A DNA stretch of 64,000 nt from Candidatus Micrarchaeia archaeon (lineage in GTDB: Archaea > Micrarchaeota > Micrarchaeia > Anstonellales > Anstonellaceae), in contig JBAZLL010000002.1 in the NCBI GenBank assembly GCA_041650255.1, forward strand, positions 38,932-102,931. Reading direction: 5' to 3'. The translations under genes and the position numbers were made by a program. The number at the start of each line of letters is the position of its first letter. Position 1 is the stretch's first letter. The notes beneath the pieces are model-generated. The model did not search any database and was not told the origin of the DNA. It saw only the letters and a list, made by a program, of their open reading frames with translations. This document shows, piece by piece, positions 29,080 through 40,286 of this stretch.

Positions 29080-30342
29080 CTACCGTTTCTTTCTTATTTG
29101 CGACAGCGCATTTTTCGCGCCTTCCGCATTCATCATTTTATTTTCCTGCATCCATTGTACAACCGCATCCATCTCGCCAGCTTTTGCTCCGGCGGCAGTT
29201 GCGATGTTTTTTGCATGAAGCTTCATGTGTCCTTTCTGTATTCCTTCAAGCGCCAATGCCCGCAAAGCCGCAAAATTTTGCGCAAGCCCGACAGATGCCA
29301 GCACTTGTGCAAACTCGCCGGAGTTTGTTACTCCGAGCATCTTTAGGCACATTTTGGCGGTCAAGTTCACTCCCAAGGAGCCGCCGATTGTTCCGACCGG
29401 CATCGGAATAAGTATTTTTCCCTCAATATCCCCGTCCGGGGTTTTTCTAAATGTTGTGAGCGCCCCATTCTTCAGAGCCGAATAGGAATGCGCGCCGGCT
29501 TCCACTGCTCTCCAGTCATTTCCGCAGGCAACAAGCACGGCGTCAATTCCATTCATTACTCCCTTGTTATGAGTTGCCCGCCGATACGGGTCTGCCATTG
29601 CCATGCTCCAGCAGTCAAGTATTGCCTCAACGCCTTCATCTCCGTCCACATCTTCTGCTTTCCAAACAGCAATAGCAGATGCCATTCTTCGCGTTGCAAG
29701 ATTTGACACAATTTTGAGCCTAACGTTTCCACCCGAAATTTCCGCCAAATCAGGCGCAATTTTTTCAAGCAGTGTGTTCACCGCGTTTGCGCCCATCGCG
29801 TCGGAAACATCAATCGCAAATTCAACAATAATCATTTTTCCCCTGTCGGTTGCAATGGTGCGCGTACTTACCTCTTTCACTCCGCCGCCGTATTTGTGCA
29901 AATGGGAGGCGTATTCGTCCGCCTTTTCAAATATTTTTTTATTCGCGGAATTTAATTTCTCAATAGACTTTTTCACATCCTTCATTCCCACAAGCTGAAC
30001 CTGTCCAATCATGACCGAGCCCGTATAAGAAGTGCGAAATCCGCCCGTGCCTCTTGCAAGTTTTGCCGCATTGGATGCGGCGGCAACCACGGATGCCTCT
30101 TCAATCGCCATCGGAACAACTGTTTCGCGTCCGTTAATGATAAAATTGGGTGCAATGGAGAGCGGCAAACCGATTGTGCCAATAACATTTTCGCTCATCT
30201 TGTCCGCAATTTCAATCGGCAAGGGTCCCTGTTTTTTTAGCAATGCCTGCTCGGAAGAATCAAGCTTGAATTCGGCAATAACTTTTTTCTGCCTCTCCTC
30301 AATGCTCAATTTATAAAAACCCGACCATTTTGAATCTGTCAC
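29080..30342 (-). CDS. mvaA: Hydroxymethylglutaryl-CoA reductase, class II
   Basis: ENVIG, PMAIEEASVVAA, DAMGAN, RATHNKGVMNG, GNDWRA, IQKGHMKLH; GTG start at 30342 follows AGGTGA. Confidence 0.95.
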   Translation of the reverse strand: MTDSKWSGFYKLSIEERQKKVIAEFKLDSSEQALLKKQGPLPIEIADKMSENVIGTIGLPLSIAPNFIINGRETVVPMAIEEASVVAAASNAAKLARGTGGFRTSYTGSVMIGQVQLVGMKDVKKSIEKLNSANKKIFEKADEYASHLHKYGGGVKEVSTRTIATDRGKMIIVEFAIDVSDAMGANAVNTLLEKIAPDLAEISGGNVRLKIVSNLATRRMASAIAVWKAEDVDGDEGVEAILDCWSMAMADPYRRATHNKGVMNGIDAVLVACGNDWRAVEAGAHSYSALKNGALTTFRKTPDGDIEGKILIPMPVGTIGGSLGVNLTAKMCLKMLGVTNSGEFAQVLASVGLAQNFAALRALALEGIQKGHMKLHAKNIATAAGAKAGEMDAVVQWMQENKMMNAEGAKNALSQIRKKR

Positions 30343-30440
30343 ATTTTCACCTGAAAAACTCACTTTCATCTGAAAAACTTACTCCTAAACAGGCTATTAA
30401 ACCTTCGTTAGTACCGCCCAAAATTTCGGCACCTGTCCAA

Positions 30441-31541
30441 TTATTCATTCATCTTCCTTACAATCTCTTCAATCGACGCATCCGTTCTTATCGCCGTGTC
30501 CTTAAAAGTAGTCCTGCACGCATAAAATCCGCTCTCTTTAAGCCGGGAAACAACATCGTCAATCTTTGCCGGCTTCACCTTATATTTTGAGCAAATCGTA
30601 TGCAGATTATAATAAAACGCCCCTGCCTGCGACTCCTCATATATTCTCTGCAAATATTTTGCCAGCACTTCTGAATCCATATACTTTCTTTGAGCCAGAT
30701 TTTTCATCATGCTCTCAACTGTTTGCGGCTCAAATAATTTTGAGCCCCACATCTGTCCCGCCCAAGTCATATTTTTGCCGCATTGAGGGCACAACTCATT
30801 GGGAAATTGTGCGCTTATCTCATGAAAAAGGCAACTCGGACAAAAAGAAGAATAGTGCATTGATTTTTTCGCGGACTCAACCGCTCCCTTTGCGCTCTTT
30901 TTCACTCTCGCCAATATTTTGAAATAGTGCCTGTGCGAAATGCAAAATTGCGGCTCAAATTCCCATTCATATTTGGATGCGGTTTTTGCAATGAACGCCA
31001 TCAATATCCTAAGCCCGTTCTCATGACAAAGCTCGTTATGCCCTGGTTTTGCCCCGTAATTTTTGTAGCATGCCTGTGCATGTGCGCCGCAAAGAACCGC
31101 CGTGTCCGTCGCGGTTATGGAAATAAATTTTTGCTTCTGTTTCCAATCCGCCCAAAAGAGCGAATCTATAAAATGCGCCGGGCTTCCGAACGGGTCAATT
31201 TCGCAAAAATCAAAATTTTGTTCCTGTGCAAAAAACTTGTGCGAATTTGTTTCATTCACTTCTCCTTTAATCTTATTCAGCTTCAAATTTTTCTCAGTCA
31301 TTTCACATGCAGTTTTGCTTCTGTCAAAAAACTTTAGCTCGCCGACATTTTCATTTTCAAGTTTGTAGCGGATACCTCTTACCCCGCTTGCGCAAAATCC
31401 GTCCACAAGAACCGGCAATTGAGGCAGTGTGCCAACCCAAAGCGAGCTTATGTCCCGGCAAAATTGCATTCTCGGATTATAGAACAGCCCGTCGCCTAGG
31501 GATATTTTTGCAAGCCCTTCATTAACGGTTTTAGAGTTCAT
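30441..31541 (-). CDS. trm1: tRNA (guanine26-N2) dimethyltransferase
   Basis: FYNPRMQFCRD, SGVRGIRY, IDPFGSP, ITATD, GLRIL, Zn finger CPSC...CPQC. Confidence 0.95.
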   Translation of the reverse strand: MNSKTVNEGLAKISLGDGLFYNPRMQFCRDISSLWVGTLPQLPVLVDGFCASGVRGIRYKLENENVGELKFFDRSKTACEMTEKNLKLNKIKGEVNETNSHKFFAQEQNFDFCEIDPFGSPAHFIDSLFWADWKQKQKFISITATDTAVLCGAHAQACYKNYGAKPGHNELCHENGLRILMAFIAKTASKYEWEFEPQFCISHRHYFKILARVKKSAKGAVESAKKSMHYSSFCPSCLFHEISAQFPNELCPQCGKNMTWAGQMWGSKLFEPQTVESMMKNLAQRKYMDSEVLAKYLQRIYEESQAGAFYYNLHTICSKYKVKPAKIDDVVSRLKESGFYACRTTFKDTAIRTDASIEEIVRKMNE

Positions 31542-31595
31542 GTAAATTTATGGCAAAAAATAGCTATTAAAACCTCCTATCCGTTTCTCATTGCA

Positions 31596-32855
31596 ATGTC
31601 AAATTGCACAATATCAAAAAGCACTGTTTCAGGCAATTTCACTCCGCCCGCGAGCATTCCACTTGCATGGAGGGCTCTTTGGTGCGCATCCATAGGTCAG
31701 GGCGGCGCATTCGGAAATTGCCCCACTCACTCGGACATAAAAGCGATATTGCGCCTGGGAGGTCAGCTCGGCGCGGACATCACTGTGGAAAGAAATACTG
31801 TCGACATTTTGGCGGAAGGTCTGCCTTTTCCAAGTGAATTGCTCACATGCTCTCTTTCTTCTCGTGCATCCAGAGTTGCATTTCCGCTCGCCGCGATTTT
31901 TGATTCTGGAGTAAAAATAAAAGAGTTCAAAATTGCCGGATCCGCGCTTTCTGGAATGGATTCAATCGCATTGGATATGGGTGTGCGAATTACAAAAACG
32001 CCCGATGAAATTTTCGTAAGCGGACCTCAAATAAAAACCCTCATTCCCCTTGACAATCGAGCCGGAGCATATTGGGCAAGCGGGCTCATGATGGCATTGC
32101 CACTTTCTCAACAGGCGTCCGTTCTTGCAATGGATGATTTCGTGCGCATTCATCCTAGCGTAATAAATACCTTTGAGATTCTCACGCTTTTTGGAATAGA
32201 TTATTCTTTCCAAACCGAGGAGGGCACGATGACAATTTCGCCGTATCAGGCATATCCCGCCCGTTATGTGGATATCCCTGCCTGCTGGAGGGAAGGCTCG
32301 TATTATCTTGGTGCATTCGTCCTTTGCGGCAAAGGCGAGGTAGCCCTTTCGTGGGGCTCAAACCAGCCCGAACGGGAATTTTGGAAAATTATTTTTGCAA
32401 ATAAGCAAATCGCATTTTCAAGCGACGGCCAAACAATTATTGCAAAATCCTCTTTGCCATTAAGCCTGCCGCCAATGATAGACCCCCGCCCGTTCCCGTC
32501 TCTTATTCCGCTGATGATGCTTTTTGCGACACAGTCTTCCAAGAGCACGAAAATCGGGCCTCTTGTGCCCATTTCCGCTCCCGCACTTGCAAGCGCCCGA
32601 ATAATGGCGGCTCAATTGAATCGACTGGGCGCGAAAATAACATTTGAAGGCTCGCACATAAACATCCCCTACTCGCCTCTAAGTGGCGGAATAGTGGATT
32701 CGCAAAAAAATGGCAGGGTTGCGATGGCTTTAGGTCTTGCAGGGCTTATTGCAAAATCTCCTGTAAAAATTGCAAACGCAGATGCGTCTGATAAGTATAA
32801 TAAGAATTTCTGGCAAGATTTGAAAACTCTTGGAGCGAATGTAAAAATAGGCTGA
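31596..32855 (+). CDS. Degenerate EPSP synthase (AroA)-fold protein
   Basis: Length and spacing follow AroA (WRAL, SDI..L..LGA, GRVAMALG, NFWQDLKTLG) but catalytic motifs are replaced. Confidence 0.7.
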   Translation: MSNCTISKSTVSGNFTPPASIPLAWRALWCASIGQGGAFGNCPTHSDIKAILRLGGQLGADITVERNTVDILAEGLPFPSELLTCSLSSRASRVAFPLAAIFDSGVKIKEFKIAGSALSGMDSIALDMGVRITKTPDEIFVSGPQIKTLIPLDNRAGAYWASGLMMALPLSQQASVLAMDDFVRIHPSVINTFEILTLFGIDYSFQTEEGTMTISPYQAYPARYVDIPACWREGSYYLGAFVLCGKGEVALSWGSNQPEREFWKIIFANKQIAFSSDGQTIIAKSSLPLSLPPMIDPRPFPSLIPLMMLFATQSSKSTKIGPLVPISAPALASARIMAAQLNRLGAKITFEGSHINIPYSPLSGGIVDSQKNGRVAMALGLAGLIAKSPVKIANADASDKYNKNFWQDLKTLGANVKIG

Positions 32856-32868
32856 TAACTGTTTTGTC

Positions 32869-33141
32869 TTATTCTTTTGCTTTCTTCCTAAATGCGTCAA
32901 TTAATCCATGGGCGTAGTTAATTGCGCCAAACGCCGTTACATAATCCTTCTTTTCTAAAAAGAATTTCGTATCCTCACAGTACTGGGATGCTAAATCAAG
33001 AACATAAGAATTCGAGGCAGTCCGCTTTACTTCCTTCACATTTTCATAAAATTGTTTAATATCCGAGAGACAGCGTTCCTGTTGCACCTTTTCCCAGCCC
33101 GCCTCTCTTTTCATTTTAGATTGTTTGCAACTTTCACTCAT
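32869..33141 (-). CDS. DUF357 family protein
   Basis: LASQYCEDTKFFLEKKDYVTAFGAINYAHGLIDA. Confidence 0.88.
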   Translation of the reverse strand: MSESCKQSKMKREAGWEKVQQERCLSDIKQFYENVKEVKRTASNSYVLDLASQYCEDTKFFLEKKDYVTAFGAINYAHGLIDAFRKKAKE

Positions 33142-33263
33142 TGTTTCAAATCCTTTTTGCTTAGTTTTCTTTACAACGACACTTATTTGTCTAATAACTA
33201 CGCTTATAAATATATATTGGCATTAACTAAACATTCTAAAATTACTTTACTTTAGGTGTTATA

Positions 33264-33377
33264 TTGGGTTCTAGACCAAGAAAATGGAAGAAAAAAGGAA
33301 GAATGCGCTGGAAGTGGCTCAAGAAACGCAGAAAGCGGCTTAAGCGCAGAATGAAACGAAGAGTAGGCGAGCTATAG
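33264..33377 (+). CDS. rpl41e: 50S ribosomal protein L41e (not in ORF track)
   Basis: TTG start after AGGTG; [37 protein letters not shown]. Confidence 0.92.
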   Translation: MGSRPRKWKKKGRMRWKWLKKRRKRLKRRMKRRVGEL

Positions 33378-33489
33378 GCTTGTTTATTCTTTTTATTTCA
33401 AGCTTTTTCTTTTCAAAATTTTTTCTCTTTCGAACACGTTTTTATCGTTTTTTTCTCTTTTCCCGTTCAAACTTTATCTCTAAGTCCAT

Positions 33490-34101
33490 TTATTCAACAA
33501 TAGTTTTTCTATCTTTATATCTTGCCCTTTTTCTCACCTTTTCCATCCTTACAATCGCTTCTTTCCTTCCGATTTTTTCATAGCCGGAAAGAAATTTTTT
33601 TGCATTTTCATCAGAAAGAGAATTTTCCATCGTAAGCAAATCAACCGCCATATCCTCAAAGTCATGGCTTGAAAAGCCAAGCCCGAAATCAATCACATAT
33701 AATTTTCCCTTTCCATCCAGCATCAAATTTGCAGGAGTATAATCTCCGTGCATTATGTTATGCGAATGCAGTTTTGCCAAATATTCCCCTGCAAGCCTAT
33801 ACACTTTCAAATCAATTTTCTTCTCAATTTTATTGAGAGTTTTTCCATCAATCTTCTCCATCAAAATAAAGTCCTCTCCAATTGCAAACACATATGGGCA
33901 TAAAACGCCCGCCTCTTTTGCCTTGTGCAAAAGGCGCGCTTCAACTTTGGTTCTTGAAAATCTTATCTTCTCATCAAGCTCGCTTGGTCTGTATTTTTTT
34001 TGCACTCTCACTTTCTTCAGGGCAGAAAACCCTGCAAATTTTGCAGGAATAAGTATTGCTTCCGCGCCTTCATCCATTTTTTTCATAAGAAATTTGCTCA
34101 T
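33490..34101 (-). CDS. bud32: KEOPS kinase Bud32 (standalone)
   Basis: GAEA, RTKVEARLL, HGDYTPAN, IDFGL. Confidence 0.93.
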   Translation of the reverse strand: MSKFLMKKMDEGAEAILIPAKFAGFSALKKVRVQKKYRPSELDEKIRFSRTKVEARLLHKAKEAGVLCPYVFAIGEDFILMEKIDGKTLNKIEKKIDLKVYRLAGEYLAKLHSHNIMHGDYTPANLMLDGKGKLYVIDFGLGFSSHDFEDMAVDLLTMENSLSDENAKKFLSGYEKIGRKEAIVRMEKVRKRARYKDRKTIVE

Positions 34102-34166
34102 GCCCGATTGAAAAACTTATGTTTTGCAGAAGGAAAAAGCCGGATGCAAAATCAGAAAAAACTTAA

Positions 34167-34829
34167 CTAAAATCCGAAAACTCCGCTTCCGATAAACGCA
34201 ATTGCAAAAAGAGCAAGCCAGATTTTCCAGCTCCATGCAAACACTTTTGAGCCGTCAAGAGGGAAAATCGGCAGTAAATTAAACAATGCCAAAAACATGT
34301 TTACCTGCGTTCCCATAAGCATTACATATGCCGCCGTTTCGCCATAAGGAATTACTGTTCCAAATGCCCCAATTCCGACGATTAAAACCGCAAGCGCGAA
34401 AAAGAGAAGCCCGAGCAAAATATTTGTAATCGGTCCGGCTGCGGAAATTATCCCGTTTTCCTTTTGGCTTATTTGCCGGTTGCCATAAATCATTACTGCG
34501 CCCGGTGCAAGAAATAGCGGGAACATTCCCCATCCCACAAGCTGTGGAATTATCGCAAGTCCAAGCATGAGCACAAGACCCCAAACCCATGCTTCAAAGC
34601 GGGCGCGCAATCCGAAGCGAATGGCGGTATATTTATGTGCAAGCTCATGGAGCAAAAACCCGCTTCCGACAGTAATGCCAAACGCAATCATCAAAAATAC
34701 AAATTCCGAAGGGCTGATTTGTATTCCCCCGCTTGCAAACGTAAGCGAGAGTGCGATTGCAACTATCGACGTAAGAATGTTTGACCATTCATCCAAATCA
34801 ATGCGAAAGCCGGGTGGAATAAGCGCCAT
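34167..34829 (-). CDS. Small site-2 protease (M50)
   Basis: LHELAH, APGAV, AAGPITN, NLLPIFPLDG. Confidence 0.92.
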   Translation of the reverse strand: MALIPPGFRIDLDEWSNILTSIVAIALSLTFASGGIQISPSEFVFLMIAFGITVGSGFLLHELAHKYTAIRFGLRARFEAWVWGLVLMLGLAIIPQLVGWGMFPLFLAPGAVMIYGNRQISQKENGIISAAGPITNILLGLLFFALAVLIVGIGAFGTVIPYGETAAYVMLMGTQVNMFLALFNLLPIFPLDGSKVFAWSWKIWLALFAIAFIGSGVFGF

Positions 34830-34836
34830 AAAACCA

Positions 34837-34906
34837 CTAACCAATTAACCTCTAACTAATTAACTGCTAACCAATTTACAACCAACTAATTAACCATTAA
34901 CCAATT
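34837..34906. repeat. Degenerate 15-bp tandem repeat x5
   Basis: CTAACCAATTAACC-like units at 34837, 34852, 34867, 34882, 34897. Confidence 0.75.
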
Positions 34907-34953
34907 TTTTTCACGCGCGGACGAAATATTTCATGCGCCCGCCAAATAAATTT

Positions 34954-35364
34954 TCATATCACTTTTATGTTTTGCTCTGCGCGTATTCCAACGCGCGCGG
35001 GAGTGATTATCCCCGCATAAGATTCAACTGTTGCGACTACTGCCTCAGCCTCACCCGTATTTATCCTAATTGTTTCACCAAGCTTTTTTCTCTCAAGTGC
35101 GGTTCCAAGTTTAATCATTGTCCCGCCGTTTATCGGGTCGCGCGAAATCACGAGTACGCCATCGCCTTTTAGCACTCCAAATGAGGATGGCACAACTGCC
35201 GTAGTAATGATTGAGAGCGCAAGTGCAAGCGCCTCAAACTCAACAAAGCGCAACAATATGCTCGTCATATCATATTCTTTGAGTATGACTGGCGCAATAA
35301 ATACTCCGAACATGGCAAGTACGGTAAATAGCGCAAATGCTTTTGCAAACAAAACTATTCTCAT
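34954..35364 (-). CDS. Hypothetical membrane protein
   Basis: Two TM helices then a small beta-rich domain. Confidence 0.65.
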   Translation of the reverse strand: MRIVLFAKAFALFTVLAMFGVFIAPVILKEYDMTSILLRFVEFEALALALSIITTAVVPSSFGVLKGDGVLVISRDPINGGTMIKLGTALERKKLGETIRINTGEAEAVVATVESYAGIITPARVGIRAEQNIKVI

Positions 35365-35400
35365 TTTTATTTCGCCTCATTTCCTGCAAGCAAATTAACG

Positions 35401-35436
35401 GATTTAAGCAGGCGCGGTTTTTGGCGCCTGCAAATC
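35401..35436 (-). terminator. Stem-loop downstream of cdc48
   Basis: GCAGGCGC (35408-15) pairs with GCGCCTGC (35424-31), flanked by GATTT/AAATC; function unproven. Confidence 0.4.
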
Positions 35437-35455
35437 CTTTTTTGGCATGCACGAT

Positions 35456-37678
<2,223 letters not shown>

Positions 37679-37745
37679 TCACCATACCATGAATAGCATC
37701 CTTCTCATATTTATAAATAAGTTTGATTAATTCGCTACGAATTTA

Positions 37746-37870
37746 TCGCCAAGTCGGCAAAAAAACCGCCCGCTTTAGCGGGCGGAATGAACGCCGACAG
37801 CCGACTTGGCGAGACTTCGCCGAATGAGCCGCAAACCCAGTCCCTTAGGGCTGGGTGCTCTTCGGCGAAG
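37746..37870. mobile_element. GC-rich double nested hairpin, IS200/IS605-end-like non-autonomous element or structured RNA
   Basis: 13-bp outer stem around CCGCCCGC-TTTA-GCGGGCGG; 10-bp outer stem around ACCCAGTCC-CTTA-GGGCTGGGT; no transposase nearby. Confidence 0.55.
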
Positions 37871-38010
37871 CTGATTAAAAATATAAATCCACAACTTCTG
37901 AAAAAAACAAACAAATATTTTGGGCAGCTCAAAGATCATCTCGGGCGGCATTTTGGTTTTCTTATTTGGGTTCGGTTTTAAAATATTCCCTCCTTTCTCT
38001 CTTTGGTTAT

Positions 38011-38262
38011 ATGGCAACTGATATGTCCGCATTTCACGAAAAGACAAAAACAATGGCTATTCTTATTCATGATTTGCAATATGTTTTGGATTCCAAAAAT
38101 ACTGCGGTAAAGGAAAAACCCTACATTCAGGAAGTCTTGACTTCGTTGAAAAAACAGTATTTAAACGAATATAATAATTTTGTGCAAAATCAGTCAAACT
38201 TATCTACTGTTTATAAGAAAACCCCATCAGAAGAAAAGAAGCGCACCATGGTTATGAGATAA
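38011..38262 (+). CDS. Hypothetical protein
   Basis: ORF fills the intergenic gap; amphipathic helical pattern; start 38011 preferred over 37966. Confidence 0.45.
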   Translation: MATDMSAFHEKTKTMAILIHDLQYVLDSKNTAVKEKPYIQEVLTSLKKQYLNEYNNFVQNQSNLSTVYKKTPSEEKKRTMVMR

Positions 38263-38385
38263 ACCAGCTGCGCGAGTTATACTAATCCAATTGCATCAGA
38301 CAAAGACGACTGGATTCTAAAATTTTAGTGCACTTCGATACAGTCATCTACAAAATTGCAAAAATAGAAAAAATGCAAAATCTCT

Positions 38386-39063
38386 TTACTGCCTGATTAT
38401 CTGCTCTGCCATCTGTTCCAAAAGCTTTGCTGGATTTGTTGCCTTCACATAAGCCGAGGCAATCAATACTCCTTCAACTCCAAGCTCAAACGCCCTTTTC
38501 ACATCTTCAGGAGTGCTTACACCTGCTCCGCAAACCAATTTAACATCGGGAGTAATTTCGCGAACGGCATGCACTGCACCAGTAACTATTTGTGGTTTTG
38601 CGCTTGAAACACTCACACCCGAACCAATAAGCTCCGGCGGCTCAATTGCAATATATGTCGGCTTGAATTGCGCCAATTGCGCGCATTCATGAACATCTTT
38701 TGCGCAAACCATTGATTCCAATCCAAATTTCTTGAGTGCTTCAACGGACACTTTCACGTTTTCGGGATTGATTCTTTTTTCAGAATGATTAATCAGGCTT
38801 CCGGATACGCCCGCCTCAAGAAGCATTTTTGCAGTAATTGAGCCCGTGTATGCACCGGACGCATTTCCATCGACATGTTGTGCAAACACTTCCGCACCCG
38901 TAACTGCGCATTCGCGCACAAGCGTCGCGTTCGGGCAAACAACAATTCTCACTCCTGTTTTTTGCGACACATCTCTTGCAATTTTTGCCAGTTCAATGCC
39001 GCGTTTGCCGCACGATTCTTCATACACTTTCAGGTTTAATGCGATAAATCCGTCTTCTGCCAT
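38386..39063 (-). CDS. tpiA: Triosephosphate isomerase, archaeal type
   Basis: LNLKVY, AQHVD, GAYTG, INHSEKR, AIEPPELIG, CGAGV, GVLIAS. Confidence 0.96.
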   Translation of the reverse strand: MAEDGFIALNLKVYEESCGKRGIELAKIARDVSQKTGVRIVVCPNATLVRECAVTGAEVFAQHVDGNASGAYTGSITAKMLLEAGVSGSLINHSEKRINPENVKVSVEALKKFGLESMVCAKDVHECAQLAQFKPTYIAIEPPELIGSGVSVSSAKPQIVTGAVHAVREITPDVKLVCGAGVSTPEDVKRAFELGVEGVLIASAYVKATNPAKLLEQMAEQIIRQ

Positions 39064-39151
39064 GAAAAATTTAACGAGTTTATATATTTTAAATCAACCC
39101 TTCATAAAGAAAGAAAGATAAAGCATGAAATCCTTAAGTTATACTATTCAT

Positions 39152-39314
39152 GCCAACGTCGCATAACCTGGTAGTGCGTCAGTCTCGAAAGGCTTTTCTT
39201 TTCTCTCGCCAGAGAAAAGAAAACCCTGGAAAAGAAAAGAGAGGGATGAGCCTTCCTTTTTTCCGAGATAACTGATCCCTTACGGGATTGTAGGTTCAAA
39301 TCCTGCCGTTGGCG
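39152..39314 (+). tRNA. tRNA-Ser(CGA) with 80-nt intron (39190-39269) at 37/38
   Basis: Acceptor GCCAACG/CGTTGGC, anticodon arm TCAGT-CT-CGA-A...A-ACTGA, long variable arm, GGTTCAAATCC, G73; BHB with CTCG/CGAG helix and AAA/ATA bulges. Confidence 0.93.
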
Positions 39315-39399
39315 TTATATTTTCGTCTTTTGCCGCATTTTGGTTCGCCTTCTACAAAATGTTTATATGTTTTATCTCTTGAAGTGTTTCGGTGGTAAT

Positions 39400-39603
39400 A
39401 TGAATATTGTAGTAAGTATCGCGCAGATTTTGTGTGCCATAGGTGCAATAAACTGGGGGCTGACAGTATTCAACTTCAACCTGGTTTCATGGATTGACAA
39501 GATGGCTGGAAACACCGGAATTCTTGCAATGGTAATCTATCTGTTAGTCGGATTGTCTGGCATTGTACTATTGCTCTCAATGCTCAAAGTGATAAAAGAT
39601 TAG
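39400..39603 (+). CDS. DUF378 small membrane protein
   Basis: IGAINWGL..FNFNLV, IYLLVGLSG. Confidence 0.88.
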   Translation: MNIVVSIAQILCAIGAINWGLTVFNFNLVSWIDKMAGNTGILAMVIYLLVGLSGIVLLLSMLKVIKD

Positions 39604-39701
39604 AAAATTATTCCGGGCAAAACCCGGAAAAACCTTTTTTTGCAAAGCCGATGCGATAGGTATAAAAGTTTTAAACATCTAACATTTGTCGGGTGATTTA
39701 A

Positions 39702-40286
39702 ATGAAAAAATACGAACTTCCAAAACTTGATTATGATTATGGTGCGCTTGAGCCGGTTATCTCTGCAAAAATAATGGAGCTTCATCATGCCAAGCACCAT
39801 GCGGGGTATGTAAAGGGGGCAAACGATGCGCTTGAAACATTGGAGAAACTGCGTTCCAATCAGACAAATGGCTCGGTCGGGGACGTATTAAGAAAACTTT
39901 CATTTAATCTCAACGGGCATTTAATGCATTCTCTTTTCTGGAAGAACATGCGCCCGCCAAAAGAAAACAATATGCCAAAAGGAAAAATTGCGGATGCATT
40001 AAAACGCGATTTCGGCTCATTTGAGGCATTTGCAAAACAGTTTTCCGAGACCGCAGTAAGCGTTGAGGGTTCCGGTTGGGCGGCGTTGGTAAAAGACGAG
40101 GAGAAAAACTTGTTTTTAGTGCAAATAGAAAAGCACAATTTGATGCATCTGTCCGGTTTTAAGCCGCTTTTGGTGCTTGATGTATGGGAGCACGCTTACT
40201 ATCTTGATTATCAGAATAAGCGCGCGGACTTCGTGCAAAACTGGTGGAAATTGGTGAATTGGGAATATGTGAACTCCCAATTTTAA
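39702..40286 (+). CDS. sod: Fe/Mn superoxide dismutase
   Basis: LELHHAKHH-like motif, NGHLMHSLFW, GSGWA, DVWEHAYY. Confidence 0.97.
   Translation: MKKYELPKLDYDYGALEPVISAKIMELHHAKHHAGYVKGANDALETLEKLRSNQTNGSVGDVLRKLSFNLNGHLMHSLFWKNMRPPKENNMPKGKIADALKRDFGSFEAFAKQFSETAVSVEGSGWAALVKDEEKNLFLVQIEKHNLMHLSGFKPLLVLDVWEHAYYLDYQNKRADFVQNWWKLVNWEYVNSQF

Noticed and set aside
37735-38053. Small ORFs crossing the GC hairpin element
   Set aside because: By-products of GC-rich palindromic DNA; no transposase motifs
38290-38355. Possible third C/D sRNA on the minus strand (TAGATGA ... CTGA, 44 nt apart)
   Set aside because: No credible D'/C' boxes, no properly spaced terminal stem and no clear promoter
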